A stretch of 61,808 nucleotides of DNA, filler included, from Choristocarpus tenellus KU-1152 (taxonomy: Eukaryota > Protista > Phaeophyceae), in the NCBI GenBank assembly GCA_964200185.2. It is 10 parts of 10 records of this genome, joined end to end, with 100 filler letters (N's around TTAATTAATTAA, not from the genome) between each part and the next. Parts side by side here need not be neighbours in the genome. Positions count along the whole stretch, not along the records: positions 10,497 to 13,080 come from CAXNAD020026542.1; positions 13,181 to 19,793 come from CAXNAD020007747.1; positions 19,894 to 23,024 come from CAXNAD020022100.1; positions 23,125 to 27,468 come from CAXNAD020015009.1; 6 more parts are not named here. One strand, written 5' to 3'. Shown piece after piece: positions 12,061 through 26,192 of the stretch. Both the position numbers and the translations under genes were made by a program. Each line of letters opens with the position of its first letter. The stretch's first letter is position 1. Under the pieces are notes generated by a model, which searched no databases, had not been told where the DNA came from, and worked only from the letters and a program-made list of their open reading frames with translations.

Positions 12061-15000
12061 CCTTCTGCACCCAGCCACTGGGCACCTGTTTGGGAGGGTC
12101 TCCTCCCTCCCTAGGGATCTGCAGGCGGTGAACCTAAACTCTATGGGAGGGATCTGACATTCTGGTTCCAAGGCTTGTGTGGAGGCCTATGCATTCACCC
12201 CTTGCCCACACTGGCTCCAGTGGCGGGCCAGGACTCGAGAGGATCTTTCCTTCTCTTGTTCTCTGCTTCATCAGGTAGGTTGGTAAAGCCAATTAAATAT
12301 GAGGACATCCTTTGAAGAAGTAACGGAGTATTTGTCATACCACTTCCCCATATACGAAAAAATGTACAAACGTTTGTCGTACCACTCACTCGTCTACGAA
12401 ACAAGTAATAATATTTGTACCCACTCTCTTACATGCAAAAGATGCACAAACGTTCCCTGGTACAAACACATTTTTGAATCCCTCCACAATTATTGTTTAC
12501 CCTTGTGACCACAAGTTGTACAAATCACCGCATGTTGATTTGTCAACATCTCATATTGTTGTCGGAACCTTTGTCCCATACTTTTCTCACAAATATGAAC
12601 GGGTACAAATGATTCGGATTCGCAAATAAAAGATTCAACTCCTAAATAATAGATTTGTGAGGATGAGCCCCAATGTGCTTAACTCAGATTTATCATAGGA
12701 AAGGTCATTAATTTCCCGGAAATTGATTTGCACTCCACAAATCGAATTTGGTTGCGGAGTAACCCTAACCCTACACACAACCACAAAAACGACTTCTACG
12801 ATATATTATTATTAATATATGAGATATATAAATCACAAGGAGGTATTGTATGTACAACGGTGAGCAAGAAAACAACGAAATGTATCTCCTAAACTGAATA
12901 TGAAGGTGGTCGAAAATTAAAGGAAAAATCCTATGAACCTGTCAAGGCTCTCCTTGGAAATTTTCGACACAACCCCAAAAATAGTCTTCGCGCATTTGTA
13001 AAACAAAGTCTAATTTTACACATGTTTGCCGGCATCCTTTAAATGTAACTCTGGGTACATCTTGTTTACTTTGGCTAGAANNNNNNNNNNNNNNNNNNNN
13101 NNNNNNNNNNNNNNNNNNNNNNNNTTAATTAATTAANNNNNNNNNNNNNNNNNNNNNNNNNNNNNNNNNNNNNNNNNNNNAGATGCGGCAATGACATGGA
13201 CCACCTATAGATGACCCTGACAGGGTTGAAGCCTGCAAAAAAGGACGATCTACCAAGGCTAACAATGGAACGTGCCTGCAAATAAGTGGCATTGGAAGCA
13301 TTCCTGTAAGTGGTGTTGTTCTTAAGTAGTTCAGAAACCCACCAGGACACAAAACGGCTGTTACCTCTTTGTGCAGAGTCACAATTGACTCTTGAAAATT
13401 CGGTGGCATGGGTAATACACACTCATGCATGAAACATAGGTTAGAACTATTCCAAGTCCATACAGTCCAAGACAGTTGTCCAACATCGAGTCCTAATTCC
13501 TGCCTTCCACTGAAGATACTACCTCTACCTTTCATTGGAAGAATAGGGCTTGCACATTCTGGTCTCTTGTCTTCCATCTCCAGTTATTTGCTTTGATTGG
13601 GGAAAATCATTGTGAAGGCTCGCAAGGTCAAAGAAAGAACCTCACCGCTGTCTAGAGCTTTGCCTACATGATGCTACAATACTCTAACCAAATTGCCACC
13701 AATTTATAGAAAGGCTACATCACTATATCAATCTATAGCACTTTACAGTGTCACATAGTGCCATGTATTGTAAGGGATACTCTCCAGGTCGAGATTCCCA
13801 GTTCTTCAGACCTTGCCTCGAGATAAATGATGGGAGGTGACTGCATTGAAGGTGACTTAAATTTAACGTGCATGATATGTTCATTTTTGTGCACCTCAGA
13901 TATTTATAAAACTACAACAAACTGCATACATGCAAAGATAGTCCCGGCTTGAAGGCACTCTGCTTTGGTCATACTGTGTGCGATCAAATCTTGCATTTCC
14001 TACTTTTTTCCTCTGCTCTAAGTCCCATTGTTTTGGAGCAAGATAGACTCCTCAAACATTGACTTGTATGGGATAGTTCATGTTCCATCATAACACAGAA
14101 AGTGTCATGTAACAAGGTCAAGTGCTCAACTGTTTGCTCATTGATACTTGAAAGGCTTGCTACAGGAGTGAGTTCCAGAAAAAATACACATTTGTGCCGC
14201 TTGCAAGGATATTGAAGTAGAAGCAACTGTGGTGTAAACAACACATTAGACCAAGGTGGTAAACCTCTCTACAATGACAAATCATCATCCAAGGGAGCCC
14301 ATCAAATATTGAGGAAATGTGTATGGTGAAAACAGCTCCTCCAAGTCAATTGACTCATAGGTCATACGCATATCATCGGGCAGGATTGAAGGACAACTAT
14401 TGATAAGGTTTGAAATATTCCACAAGTACAAAAAGACCCACTGGCAACAAGCATCTTAGCTCAATGATATTTAGTTAATTTTGTGTAAAAGCAGCAATAA
14501 AATTCTAAACTGAAGCATGGTTGCATGGTTGAGCCAGGAGAGGGAACTGAGTTGGAGGGCATATTGCCAGGGGTATGGCTGAGGCGTATCCAACTCCATG
14601 CATGTGGAAACTGTGCGTAACCATTGGCAATCAACCGGAGGATGGGCTCACAACAAGAGCTAGGCACCTAAGCATAGTGCAGAGCAAAAATACCTATCAA
14701 ACGTACTAGGTAGGTTGGTTGGAGGTACAACAGAGTGACCAGCTACATGAACAATTTGATACAAGGGTTGGGTAGAAAAAAAATGTGCATATATCCATGA
14801 AGCAAGCAGCATGGAATAGTTTATTTCATCAGAAATATATCCAGGGCAGAAAGGGTTGAGACCGAGCGCAGCAAGGATTGACCTCATACATGATTTGGAG
14901 CCATGCTCACAATGGCTGCCATGTATTGGTTAGGCAACAAAATACACCTTTGGCAGCTATCATAAGCCAGTAGATTCAAAGCTCTTTTTGCATGCATCCA

Positions 15001-16120
15001 ATAGCTATGTCCTTTGATCTTATGTGTATGGGTGTCGGCACGTTCATCCTGACTTCAAAGATGTGCACTGTAGATGCCATTTCTATAAAATATAATATAT
15101 TAAAAACATGCCACTGCGGTTACCATTCTGAAAATCATACACAAAAGATACAAACTGTCTGTGGTACTACACTAATCCTAAGTGCCACAAAATAAACAAA
15201 TAGAAGGACAAGAAACTGCATCCCATTTCGCTTACATCCGTTGAACATTGAAGAATTGAGATGTAGAACTACCATTCAAAGGTATACTTTGCCTGTCTCA
15301 ACAATCTACTCGTTGCCATCTCCTTCCACGTACCAATACACCTTGCACCGTGCTGTAAACAGTTCCCACACCCCACAGTGGATATCTACCCAATGTGATG
15401 CTTGAGAGTGCAACATAAATTGTTTCCAAATATCTGACTAACCCATTCCTCCACTTCCATTATTCTCAACTCCTTCCTCCAACATACACTGTATACTCGT
15501 GTGATTCTATAATCGTTGGGGAGATTATGGGCTGGAAGTTGTCAACATGACCACAGAGTGTCAGCGACATAGTGGAGGTGTACAGAATGATCAAATCAAG
15601 TAAAAAGTCGAAAACACTCTCTTTCTTCCTTTGACACAACATTTGTGTTGTAGATGGATAAGGAAGGTGTATGTGTGTGCTTTTGTCCTCAAATTTTATA
15701 TTCCAATATGCTACCTCATCATGTCTAGTGAGGTAGACGGTCATGCTTTTAGAGCATCATGTACACGACTGGTTCATCTATTGTCTTGTACATTGTCACA
15801 CACCCCTTCAATCATGAATTGAAACCCACATGCATAAAAAGGGTTAACCTGTGAAGTGCATCTAGTGTACATAGGCCATCAGAACAAATTCTGTGTTGGA
15901 AATACCCAACAAGTGGGGCCAGCAAGCCACTCTCTCCTTCAGAAAATCAGTTTGCCACTGAACTTCCTAGCAAAGCTTGACTGGAACTTTAGAGGCAATG
16001 CCACCAGCCCGATCAGACGGGGGAACCATTGTTGTATATATGAAAATTGTACGAAAAATAGAAAGGATTTTCTTTACACTACAGACCATCATCCTTTCAA
16101 TCACGCAAGGCATCAAGAGC

Positions 16121-17220
16121 TTACCTCGGCTGTCTTCTGACTGCCCGCCTCGTTCTTTGTGGTGTTGGGTTTGTCCTTAAGTCTCCAACAGCTACCCTCA
16201 TTAACAATAACAGTACTCCAAATACCATGCAGACAATGCCAACGCTGCTGAACCATCTCTTTTCCTCGATATCCAGCTCTTGTGTTTGATCTCTAACATA
16301 TTTCATTATTTCCGCCACCTGCTTACGCGGTACCTGCATGACAAAGTAGTCAAAGAATTGGTGAATTGACCAACTAATCGCAGACCATGTTTAGCAAAGT
16401 TGATGTGTGCCGGTAAAAACAGCTTCGCATTTTCTAAGCGCTGTCACGAAGATACGAACTGCTATTTCAGTCTCAAGTCAAGGGTAATATGATATCTGGG
16501 GTGGGTATTTTTATCCAACTTCTTGCCCATCTAGGACATTTCCAAAGGGGTTGACGTAGTCAGGATTAAAAACTCACCCTCTTTCCCAAACCATATTTAG
16601 TCATGGGAACGGTAATACTTTCTCCATCTTCATTCTCGTTCTGAATCTTCCACGTGATGCCGTATGTTTGCGGAACGTTTCGCTTCTTGTTGCGTCGAGT
16701 CGTGGCCTGAGACGGTTCGACAATAATCCCCTCTTTGAGCTGTACCACTGAAGCCTTGATGAGACGATCGCTTGGGAATGTGTCATAGGTCCTGAGGGCG
16801 GCGTGATCAGAGAGGGCTTCGCGTCACTGGTTGGCAAAAGAAACGTCCAATTTGTGACCAGTACGGAGTCATCACCAAAAAGTTCCCTGTGCCACTTCAG
16901 GTATATGCAGAGGTCATAGGATGGTTGATAGGGTAGTGCAAGATAGCACGGCAAGCAGAGCACCAGAATACTCACTGCGGAATACCACCGCTCTCCTGGC
17001 GCAAGCTACATACCCCCTTGGCACAATGAAAACGCGAGAGGACGCTGTTATTGGAGCAATGCCTGATGCCAAAGAGAATGGTGACGATACCAATCAATGT
17101 CCATCCCCAAGAGAAGAAGTCCACCACTGTGAACTTTGGTAAGTTTATCTGCCGCAGTTCACGAGGGGGGGTTCTACCTCCTGAAGCCAACGGCAGATCA
17201 CCACCCCTGCGCCGAAGCAT
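16121..17220 (-). CDS. Hypothetical 2-TM membrane protein, 223 aa; exons 17220-16976, 16791-16578, 16333-16121
   Basis: Two GTGAGT donors and CAG acceptors with consistent phases (672 nt in total); hydrophobic segments WGWTLIGIVTILFGI and VGIVCMVFGVLLLLMRVAV flank a soluble loop. The final AG/GTAAGC could instead be a donor to a further exon. Confidence 0.75.
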
Positions 17221-17715
17221 TTCCTCTGTATTCCTTGATGGTGTTGTGCAGATCTGGTGTTTGGTGACAGGGTTTTTCCACCACCTGAATCAACATAGAA
17301 AACTTCGTACGAAAATCGACCATTTTCAGACCACTACATATATATATTTTATTTACTTCTTACTATTTTGATACTGTTCATATTAATAGTAGTAGTATAT
17401 AGAGTGGTTGAACACAGACACATAAGAAGACCAAGATGAACCGCAAAAACTCTTGAGCCGTCAAAAAAACGGCAAAATGTACAGGTTGCACAAGAAAGGG
17501 CCCACAACATACAGTCGAGAGTATAGAGGTCTACCAGAACACACTACACTTCAAGCAACTACTTTGGATGCACTGACCAGTCTCTCGCTACGCAGTCCTA
17601 AGATAGGGAGTACTTGGTTACGATAGGAACTAGTTCATTTGTTATCTCAATCGTGAGAGCCTGTGCTACCTTGGACTGGAACAGGAGTAGACATTTTTTG
17701 ATATATCGCTGAGGA

Positions 17716-18137
17716 ATGGATTCTGAGCAGTCAGACCCAGCATGTGGAAAGAGAGAGATGCCTTCAGTTTGGGACGCACCAGTGGGTAGTCAGGCATCAA
17801 AACCTAAGCGGGCGACGAGGGTGGTAGAATGTGAGTGTTCTTGTTGTCTACTGCTTGATATCGGCATTATCACGTCACACATCGATCCAATGGCTTGCAT
17901 AATCTCCTTTCACCAGTTTGATGGCGGATATTCACCCCAACCTCTTTCCTATCACCTTGTCCGATTTGGGTTGTATTTTCTGTTCTTCCGTTTGCGTTTA
18001 CCATCATGTCGTTAGGTCGGTGGTTAAAGCCCAGACCAGAGGCTCACATCAATATTGGGGATGGGTTCCAAGCGGTCATCCCGGACCTTATTCCTAAGAC
18101 GCGCAACGAAGTTGAACCGTCTGGGAAAGGGAAGTAA
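17716..18137 (+). CDS. Small 78-aa protein with an ELM2 N-terminal motif; exons 17716-17830, 18016-18137
   Basis: GTGAGT donor, TAG acceptor, phase-1 join gives ...RVVECRWLKPRPEAHINIGDGFQAVIPDLIP...; INIGDGFQAVIP fits the ELM2 signature IxVGxxF/YQAxIP. Confidence 0.65.
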
Positions 18138-19893
18138 TGGAGATAAATGGGTGGAGAGGTATCTCGGTATTAGCTGGGCGTTACCTTCTGTGACGTGCGT
18201 GGGCAGTGTGGGCCTGACAGGGGTCTTCATGGAATGTGAATATATTTTGTTTCGTCAGTGCAATTGGGGTGTAGGGTAAATCTGATGGTTGTATAAGTTC
18301 TTACTTTGTTGATGCTGAGAGCATGAGGTTGAGCGATGAGCGTGTGGCGAGCACTCGTGTTGTTCTAGAGCTTAGACTTCGGGCTGAAAAAAGCTTCCGT
18401 TGCATGTTAACAGAAAAATGTTAAAACAAAGTTGAGGCAAGCACAAGTGGGGTTCGAAGCTTATGGACAATGTTCTCGGTTGTCTTTGGCCTTGGACTGT
18501 GGCTGAGAGTTTGTGCTGAAATATCTTCCTGTGCTTGCTACAAGAATAGGTGTTGAATAGAGTTAAAGCATTGTAGGGTTTGTTCCTGCTTGACCACAAT
18601 CTTGCTTATGACACCCACTTGTGGCCTTCCCTTGGTACTAAACGTTAGTGTCAACCTGGAAGACCCATTGGAGACTTGCCGCAGAGTCCCAGAACATACT
18701 GCGGCACATGTGCATAATTGGAGTGCATAAGAAGTATCTAATGGTCATCTATATAGTGAATGAAAAAAATATGTATCTTTTGTGGTCAGGAATTGGCTAC
18801 TCCATACCTGAAGGGTAACATGACAATCAATGTTCCAGGCACCATTAATAAACCACAAGAGTTGCCACCTGAAACCACCATCGTAAACAACCAGTCAAGA
18901 TATTCAGACAACTTTTCCACCTGAGTGTTCCTCACCCCATCAAATCTATTCCTGCCATGCATGATGTGTGAGGTTGCTCAATGTGTGTTGCACAATTGCA
19001 GCCTTGTGTTACTCGAATTTTCTGGATGCTTCTCAGGTTGATCTTAAGCAAATGCTGTAAGGATGTTCTACTGGTTACATCATGTCACATCTTCGACTCC
19101 TCACCTCTTTCTGACCACATAAAATTAAATGATGCAGGCCGCTTCTGATTGATTCTGTGCATAAAATCTTAATCGCCTGTCCTTGATTTAATCAAAAATG
19201 GAAACTCCAATGTATCAAGAATATTTGTGTTGATGCAGTTGACTTCACACCTGATTAGTGCTCAAGCGGGTCTTTTTCCTGTCAAAGGGTGTTGTCACCC
19301 CGAAGCATCTCTTTCCTTTCAAGTAGCGATGGTGTTCCACACATACAGTTTGCAAATCAGGACACAACTTGTACACAAGATCTGTATTTGAGCAAAGTCA
19401 ATGTACCACTATACTATATTAGTGCTGCACATCAAATGAGTGAAACTCAGACCTGCTCACACCATATACTTGTGTTAAGGTTGATTTCATGCATTCCTCT
19501 ACTGGTTAGCAATTTTACTGCTTCGGTGTCTCAGAGAGGCAGTCGCACAGCCCCCCTGCATTTGATCCCATGATCTTTCATGCTTGAATATTATCCCATC
19601 AGTCTGTCATCAGCTTGAACACAGTATATGTACCATGTCGGCATCACCCTGTAATTACCGCCCGAATGCTGTTCCCCCCCTATCACCACCACTGAATCCA
19701 CCACCTCCCCTACCAAAGCCCCCTCCCCCACCAACACCTGGGCCATAGATACCAGCTCCTCCACCATCTCCAAACCCACCAGATCCTCGTCCCNNNNNNN
19801 NNNNNNNNNNNNNNNNNNNNNNNNNNNNNNNNNNNNNTTAATTAATTAANNNNNNNNNNNNNNNNNNNNNNNNNNNNNNNNNNNNNNNNNNNN

Positions 19894-19937
<44 letters not shown>

Positions 19938-20200
19938 GGGGGGGGGGGGATGGGATTTTCTGTGCTTTGTGTATGTATTACATCCGATTCTCTGATGAGG
20001 CTGCTCGCACAGCGGAGCAGGGTGTGGTTTTCCAGACTTGTAAAGGCGTTTTTTTTTCCCCCCAGTTTGGTTGGGGTGTGACTCCCTAGGAAAATATGGA
20101 CCACCTGGCTGCTGTCTTGCTGACTTTCGTGGCGCATTGGCTGACTATTTCCTCTGACTGTGTGCGTTCTGGAAGCCTCGAAGAGAGAGAGAGAGCGAGA

Positions 20201-20227
20201 ACCCTAACCCTAACCCCAACCCTAACC
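20201..20227 (-). repeat. Interstitial telomeric-type repeat (CCCTAA)n
   Basis: ACCCTAACCCTAACCCCAACCCTAACC. Confidence 0.8.
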
Positions 20228-20366
20228 TTCGCGTACCCTGTTTTGTTTTGTTTTTCTCCTCTTCGGGCAAAAGTGTTATATGCCCCTCTGCTGCATCGCT
20301 TTTTTTCTTTTTATGTACGGGTGAACTTTCGTTTGAATGGTTGATTGATTGATGGACTTCCCAGGT

Positions 20367-20544
20367 GGGTCAAAGTATCTGGGGGGGGGTGGTGGCTGTC
20401 CATTTGGGACCATTTTTTTCATGTCGCGATTTTTGGATGATTTGGTTCCATACATTGGATAAATGATGAAAGTGCACTTTTCCTGCTTTTGGTCCAAATG
20501 GACACTCTGGTGTAGACCCCCCCACCCTCCAGACACCTTATGTC
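20367..20544 (-). mobile_element. TIR family A, full-length copy with one decayed end
   Basis: AGGT|GGGTCAAAGTATCTGGGG...CCAGACACCTTATGTC|AGAT (TSD 3/4). Confidence 0.88.
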
Positions 20545-20666
20545 AGATTTTGTTTGTTTTTTATTATCCCTTTTTTTTTCCTGCTTACCTGAGTTTTTGC
20601 GTGTTACAATGTCCTTTTAATGCGTTAGAAAATGACTCTTTACAGAATAATAACTCTTGGGTCGAG

Positions 20667-20705
20667 GTTTAGGGCTTAGGGTTTAGGGTTTAGGGTTGGG
20701 GTTAG
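20667..20705 (+). repeat. Interstitial telomeric-type repeat with TTTAGGG/TTAGGG variants
   Basis: GTTTAGGGCTTAGGGTTTAGGGTTTAGGGTTGGGGTTAG. Confidence 0.8.
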
Positions 20706-23124
20706 AATGAATTAGGATTTTTTTTTTTTGGAGGTGGCATACGTCTTGTGAGTGATGTTTTGCGAAACACAAACTCCTCACTTTCAAAGGTTTGCCAGGA
20801 TAGATAAATACGAAAAAATCCAGTATGTGTTCGGTTTCCCAGGATAGATAAATACAACAATCCCAGTAAGTGTTGCAGCACCCGGAGCAACTCTGGGTGC
20901 TTGAGTCGGAGTTTTTTTTTTTGTATATATCTCCCAGGACTCACGAGGTCGTCGATGATGTAGGGCTGGTTCGACAGCTCCTCGTCGTGTACCATCATCA
21001 CCAGGATCCCCATCTGGAGAGGTGAAATTCTGAGATACCATTGGCCAGGACGTATGGTGCTTGCATAGGGGCAGCGTACTGATCTGTACGTCAAGGTTTG
21101 TGGTGTGGCATGCACAGCGTCATTCTTGAGAAGGATTTGCTCTTGGCGCTAGGTGGATGACTTGGGAATGAAGTAATGCTGCATGTGACCTTCAGCATTG
21201 GTCAGGTCAAGAGGAGAATAGAAAGAGGATGTACTGCTCTGGATATTTGGTGAATGGCAGACATGGTAGATGTCAACAGTTTTGACTGTGAAACTGGGAT
21301 GCAGTCGCTGCTTTGAGTATGGTGATGAAGATGGGAAGGCAATTTACCTCTGTAGTTATGGGCTGGATGGCGTGTTGAATGTGAGGAATTCCGAGTGACA
21401 GAATCCAGAAAGTTTTTGCAAGTGTAGTGGCTTTAGTTGTGAGAGGATTGATAGGGGATGTGCTCCTCTGAACATGAAGCAGGTTGTTTATCGAGTTGAG
21501 AATTATCGCCTTAGAAAAAAAAAAAGGAATTAAGACTGTTATCCCGTATTAGTATTATATATTTTGAGGGGATACGTGTGTAGTGTTGTGAAATAAATGA
21601 ATTTTGACGGGTAACCCATGGTATTATTGAAGGGATACGTGTGTGTAGTGTTACGATACAATTTTTTTCATGAGTTTTAAGTTCTTAATTCGCTCATAAA
21701 ATTCCATACACTTGATTAGAGCAATGGAATAGTGCACTTCACGGATGATGTGAGACAGGTGGTCTGGAGGCCTGCTAGGCAGGAAGATCGACCAACTGTC
21801 TGCTGAGGGGTCCTGCTGAAGGCAAACATTTGCTAAGGTAGCTTTTATTTGCGTCCATTTCCCTCGCTATGAGACATTCTTCGTTGTGATGTCTGAGACA
21901 CTTTTGCACATACTGTGTAGTAAGCTTTGCAGCTAAGAATCTGATGGAGAGTTATTTCAAGATATATGCTTTGTGAGGTTTAAAACATAGGCATGTGAAC
22001 TTTTTCCATATCTGTTTTTTGTGCCTACACAATGATGCTCTGCTGTAACTGTTTCTACCCCAGTGTTGAGATATTAACTGGCGCTTTGCTATCCTTGACA
22101 GTCTCTTTTGTACCGAACTTCAGCTCTGTGTTGTGACAGAAGACAAGGGACAGACAGCTAAGCATTGCGTTATCTTGGTTCAGGTTGTCATGCTCTTTGA
22201 TGCCAATATTCCAACGGATTGAGAACATGTTAAAACATGGGCTACTCTTTGTTTTTCCTTGATATGATACAGTACCACCAGCTTGCCCTGAATGTTTGAC
22301 TGGTCCACTGCACCGGTTATTGTCATTTTTGCATTCCCAACTCGTCATCACAACATCAATATTCGTTACAACAATGAGTACATAGAATGACAAGACCAGT
22401 CCATACTCATCACGCACACAGGGAAGGCATGCATCACCCGGGTTACATCAGATAATTGATTCAGGTATGTTCTTCTGGTACTTTTAATTGTCATCTTTTT
22501 TCTTTTTATCTGTAGAAGACCCCAGACGTATGTAAATTGTTTATTATTTCTTTCTTGGTCGTCATTGTCCTCTCATAATACACCAAGTTCACTCTGCAAT
22601 AAGTGTACCTCATGCACACCTGGATGCCATATATTCAGAGTTGAGTTATCCATAGAAACCCTTTTCCGCCAAGGCAACAAGCCTCTCCTCAGAGCACGGA
22701 CTTCTTCCTTTGAGTATCTCAACAATACTGAATTCACATTGTCATTCTTGACTGAGCGATCAATGACCTCAGTCAACAGAAAAAACTCATCAGTACTTTC
22801 CAGCACTGTGACTTCCCTTTGCAATAACAGCCTCTCAGCAAAATTGAGGATGGAGCTTACTATGGAGGATGGGTTTGACCCAAAATTGTCCTGCTAAAAG
22901 TTTCGATATGTTTTTTTTCGTAAATGTTGCGGCACTTTTTAAGGGCCCCTTTTTGAACGGGATATATTTTTGTTCAAGACTATTTTGGTGCTTGTGGAGG
23001 GCACCGCTACGATTTGGAAGCGACNNNNNNNNNNNNNNNNNNNNNNNNNNNNNNNNNNNNNNNNNNNNTTAATTAATTAANNNNNNNNNNNNNNNNNNNN
23101 NNNNNNNNNNNNNNNNNNNNNNNN

Positions 23125-23217
23125 CTCTCCACGCTTCACTACGTTTCTTTTCGGGTAGGGCCAAAGAGAGCACCCCAATTTAAACCCCCCCCCCCCCCCC
23201 CCCAGATACTTTGGTTC
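23125..23217 (-). mobile_element. TIR family A terminal fragment at contig start
   Basis: C-run followed by CAGATACTTTGGTTC. Confidence 0.7.
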
Positions 23218-26192
23218 AAGAATGACTATAATAATAAAATAATAAAAAACAAAATAATAATAAAATAGTAACAAATATAATAATAATGATAATAATAATA
23301 GTTGTGGTATTAAATCTAGCGTTGTTGTTGTGAGTCGGGAAACTTCGAACGACTTCAGTTCGATGAATGGGAAGAACGGAACAACTAAATTGAGATGTTG
23401 GGTTCTAGGTTAGTATTATTTATTATCAGAACACAACCAGACGTCTGACTACTGAATGTTTCAGAGATCACAGAACCACATATTCCTCGCAAGGCGTCAC
23501 TACCTCACCACTCACTAACATTATTCCACTATTCATGCTGGTGAGACCTGTCTGTGAAGGTTTTGGGGTTCTAGGCTCACAGCGCCATGTGCTACTCTGC
23601 AACCTGTCTGTGCACGTTTTGCATGCATCACCTCATGTGCTGACTGTCAATCCAATCATGATCAAACCTTTTCTCTAGTAGATTTAATTGTAGTAGTAAA
23701 TTCCTTTGGTTCATGACACTAATTGAATCAATACGAGTATTTGCAAGTAGCACAACGGGCATTTTTTTTCGATGTGTTGTAGGCAGTAATAAGTTTTGAT
23801 TCAGTAGGAGGGGGGCAAAGGCTGGTGAGCGATAAGCCGGCCTGCTTCATTTGATCTTTGTCGAAGGTTCTGCCAGGGCACGGACGCATTGCCTGACTTG
23901 CTGTGTCCGACCAGCCTGGAAAAAATTATTGGTGTGACAATACATGTTACATAGAGGATTACCTTTTTGAGGGTGTGAAGAGTTTTTACATTTAAATGAG
24001 TTCACTATTTCTTGCGTGCAGCAGTGAAGAAAGGCTAATTAATGCATGCAGCGAATTGATATTAATAAATGGGAGGAGTGTCAAGGTGAGAACAACAGGT
24101 TCTGGAGGAAGGATTCTGAAATAGTAGTGGGAACCGGACGTACATAGTGTTACGTTTTTGGCTGCCCACCCTTCCCACTTTGATTGACCACTATTATTGG
24201 TACACATCCTCCTGCTACAACTCTTTGAGATAGATGATAATGAGACAGATTGTGCGACTATATAATTAATCATCACCTGTAAGGAGAGTGATCATCTGAT
24301 ACTGCAAGTGCTGTTCAGAACATAGAAAACGAATGCACGCTTCAAAAAACACAATACCAACTGTATTGATAATCCCACAGGATAAAAGAGAGCGATCACC
24401 ATTGTGTTCCTTGTGTAAAGAGCAGACCTTGTTGGATATGTCTTAGCCAACAATCCGTCAAGCACAACCCTAGCACAGGTCAAAACGGAGAGGCTTTCCA
24501 TATGGTAGTCAATACAGTCAGACGTGTGAACAGAAATTGGCACAATATCGTCAGTAAGTTCATCCCTGTTATTTTGGTACCTTGAAAAAATACGACTGTA
24601 CACACCCATAACCGTTGCCGAATAATGCATTTTAAAACATGCTTTTGAGAATTGTTCCTGCCTCTAGTGCTCATTAAAATGATAAATGTGTCTTGGAGCA
24701 CCTGGAAAATTGCAGTTCGCCCCTGGCTCTTATGCCTACTCACCATCTCTTGTTCTGAATGGTGTTAAACTCTCTACCACAGTAGTAGTACTCATCAATA
24801 TTCTCCTTGCAGTCCTAGTACCTGTTAAGATTGTTACCTTTTCCAAGAACAATGATACTCATTGGAAAGCCTTTGTTGTATGTGATACAAACTCTCTTGC
24901 CGTGTCTGCTTCTTTATCCCCAAAGACCAAATCTACCTGCATAACATCAACAAGCATAAAAAAAAATACAAAGCTCCTGCTCCTAGTGTACCAACCGAAT
25001 TCACTTTTCACCCTTCTCACAAAACAAGAAATTGTTGTATTGCATGTTGGTCTGCCAATGAGGTCTGTCTTCATGAGTCAGAAATTACCCAAACTCCAAC
25101 ATATTGCATGAAACCTCCCATAGTCAGGAACGATTTGATTCCTTTGTTCAATCACTTGACCATTGGGTCAAGAACGTTAATAATACGTGCGCAGCAACCA
25201 ACAGACCCATTCTTTCCTGTTCTCAATAGTGCTATTACAGCAAGCAGAGTTCCACATGAGAGGAATAACTATCACCACTCTTACTTGACTCGCCTGTCTC
25301 TAAAGCAATGCAAGCAAAATGTGTGAAAATATATGTTAAGCCCATTGCGAAATTCCAATAGATGCTGTCCCTGTTTTCCTACTTTCAGAGGCCATTCACA
25401 TAAAGTGCACATAAGCTGAGATGAACACACCACAACTGGAACCATGTTGAGCATTAACATTGCGCCATCAAGTGTGTTTGGATAGGCATTACACGTGTTA
25501 CATGTAACATCAAGAGGAACATCAACAGCACTGTATTTACTATCTCATGATGTACAACCAATGACAACAGACTTCTCACACCTGCAAGCCAACAATTCTC
25601 TCCCACCCCTTGCCTTTAATATTTGAAATATCATATCTATCGGGTTGAAAGTTGTTCCATCAATGCTAAAGAGAGGCACATCCCCCACCCACTTGCCTAC
25701 TTAAAGCGCCTACGGGACCACCCGCCTTTCCAAAAGCTACAACTCCTCGCCAACATGTATTACCCTGTGCTCGGAAAACTACTAATGTGAGTGTCCATGT
25801 ACACATCTGGGTCCAATATATAGTCCACAAGCAGCGTCCAGTGTTGTCACACCTGTCTATTAGTCCCAGGCATGCACAACAGCCTTTCTCAAGTAATACT
25901 GAAAGAAGAAAAAATGAGATGCAAGACTTACCTCCTTCACTGCTGCTATGTTGTGGTTCTGTGTTACGTAACACGACCCCCTAAAATTTAACTCCACTTC
26001 ATCACAAACAACCAAGGTTTGGCATCCTCTGTACCAACAACAGCAAGCAATCATAATTGTTGCAACCACCAACTTCGCACATCAGTGCACGAAACTAACG
26101 CACTTCAAATACTCCCAAGGTCCTGCTTTCATCAACTCGGCTGACGGGCTATCTCGTATAAAAAAAAGCACTCCCAACAAACATAACAAGCA

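Noticed and set aside
13181-15800. Possible hAT transposase or BED finger remnants (VWTWNSS, SDIWKQF)
   Set aside because: Only isolated weak motifs with no consistent frame or termini.
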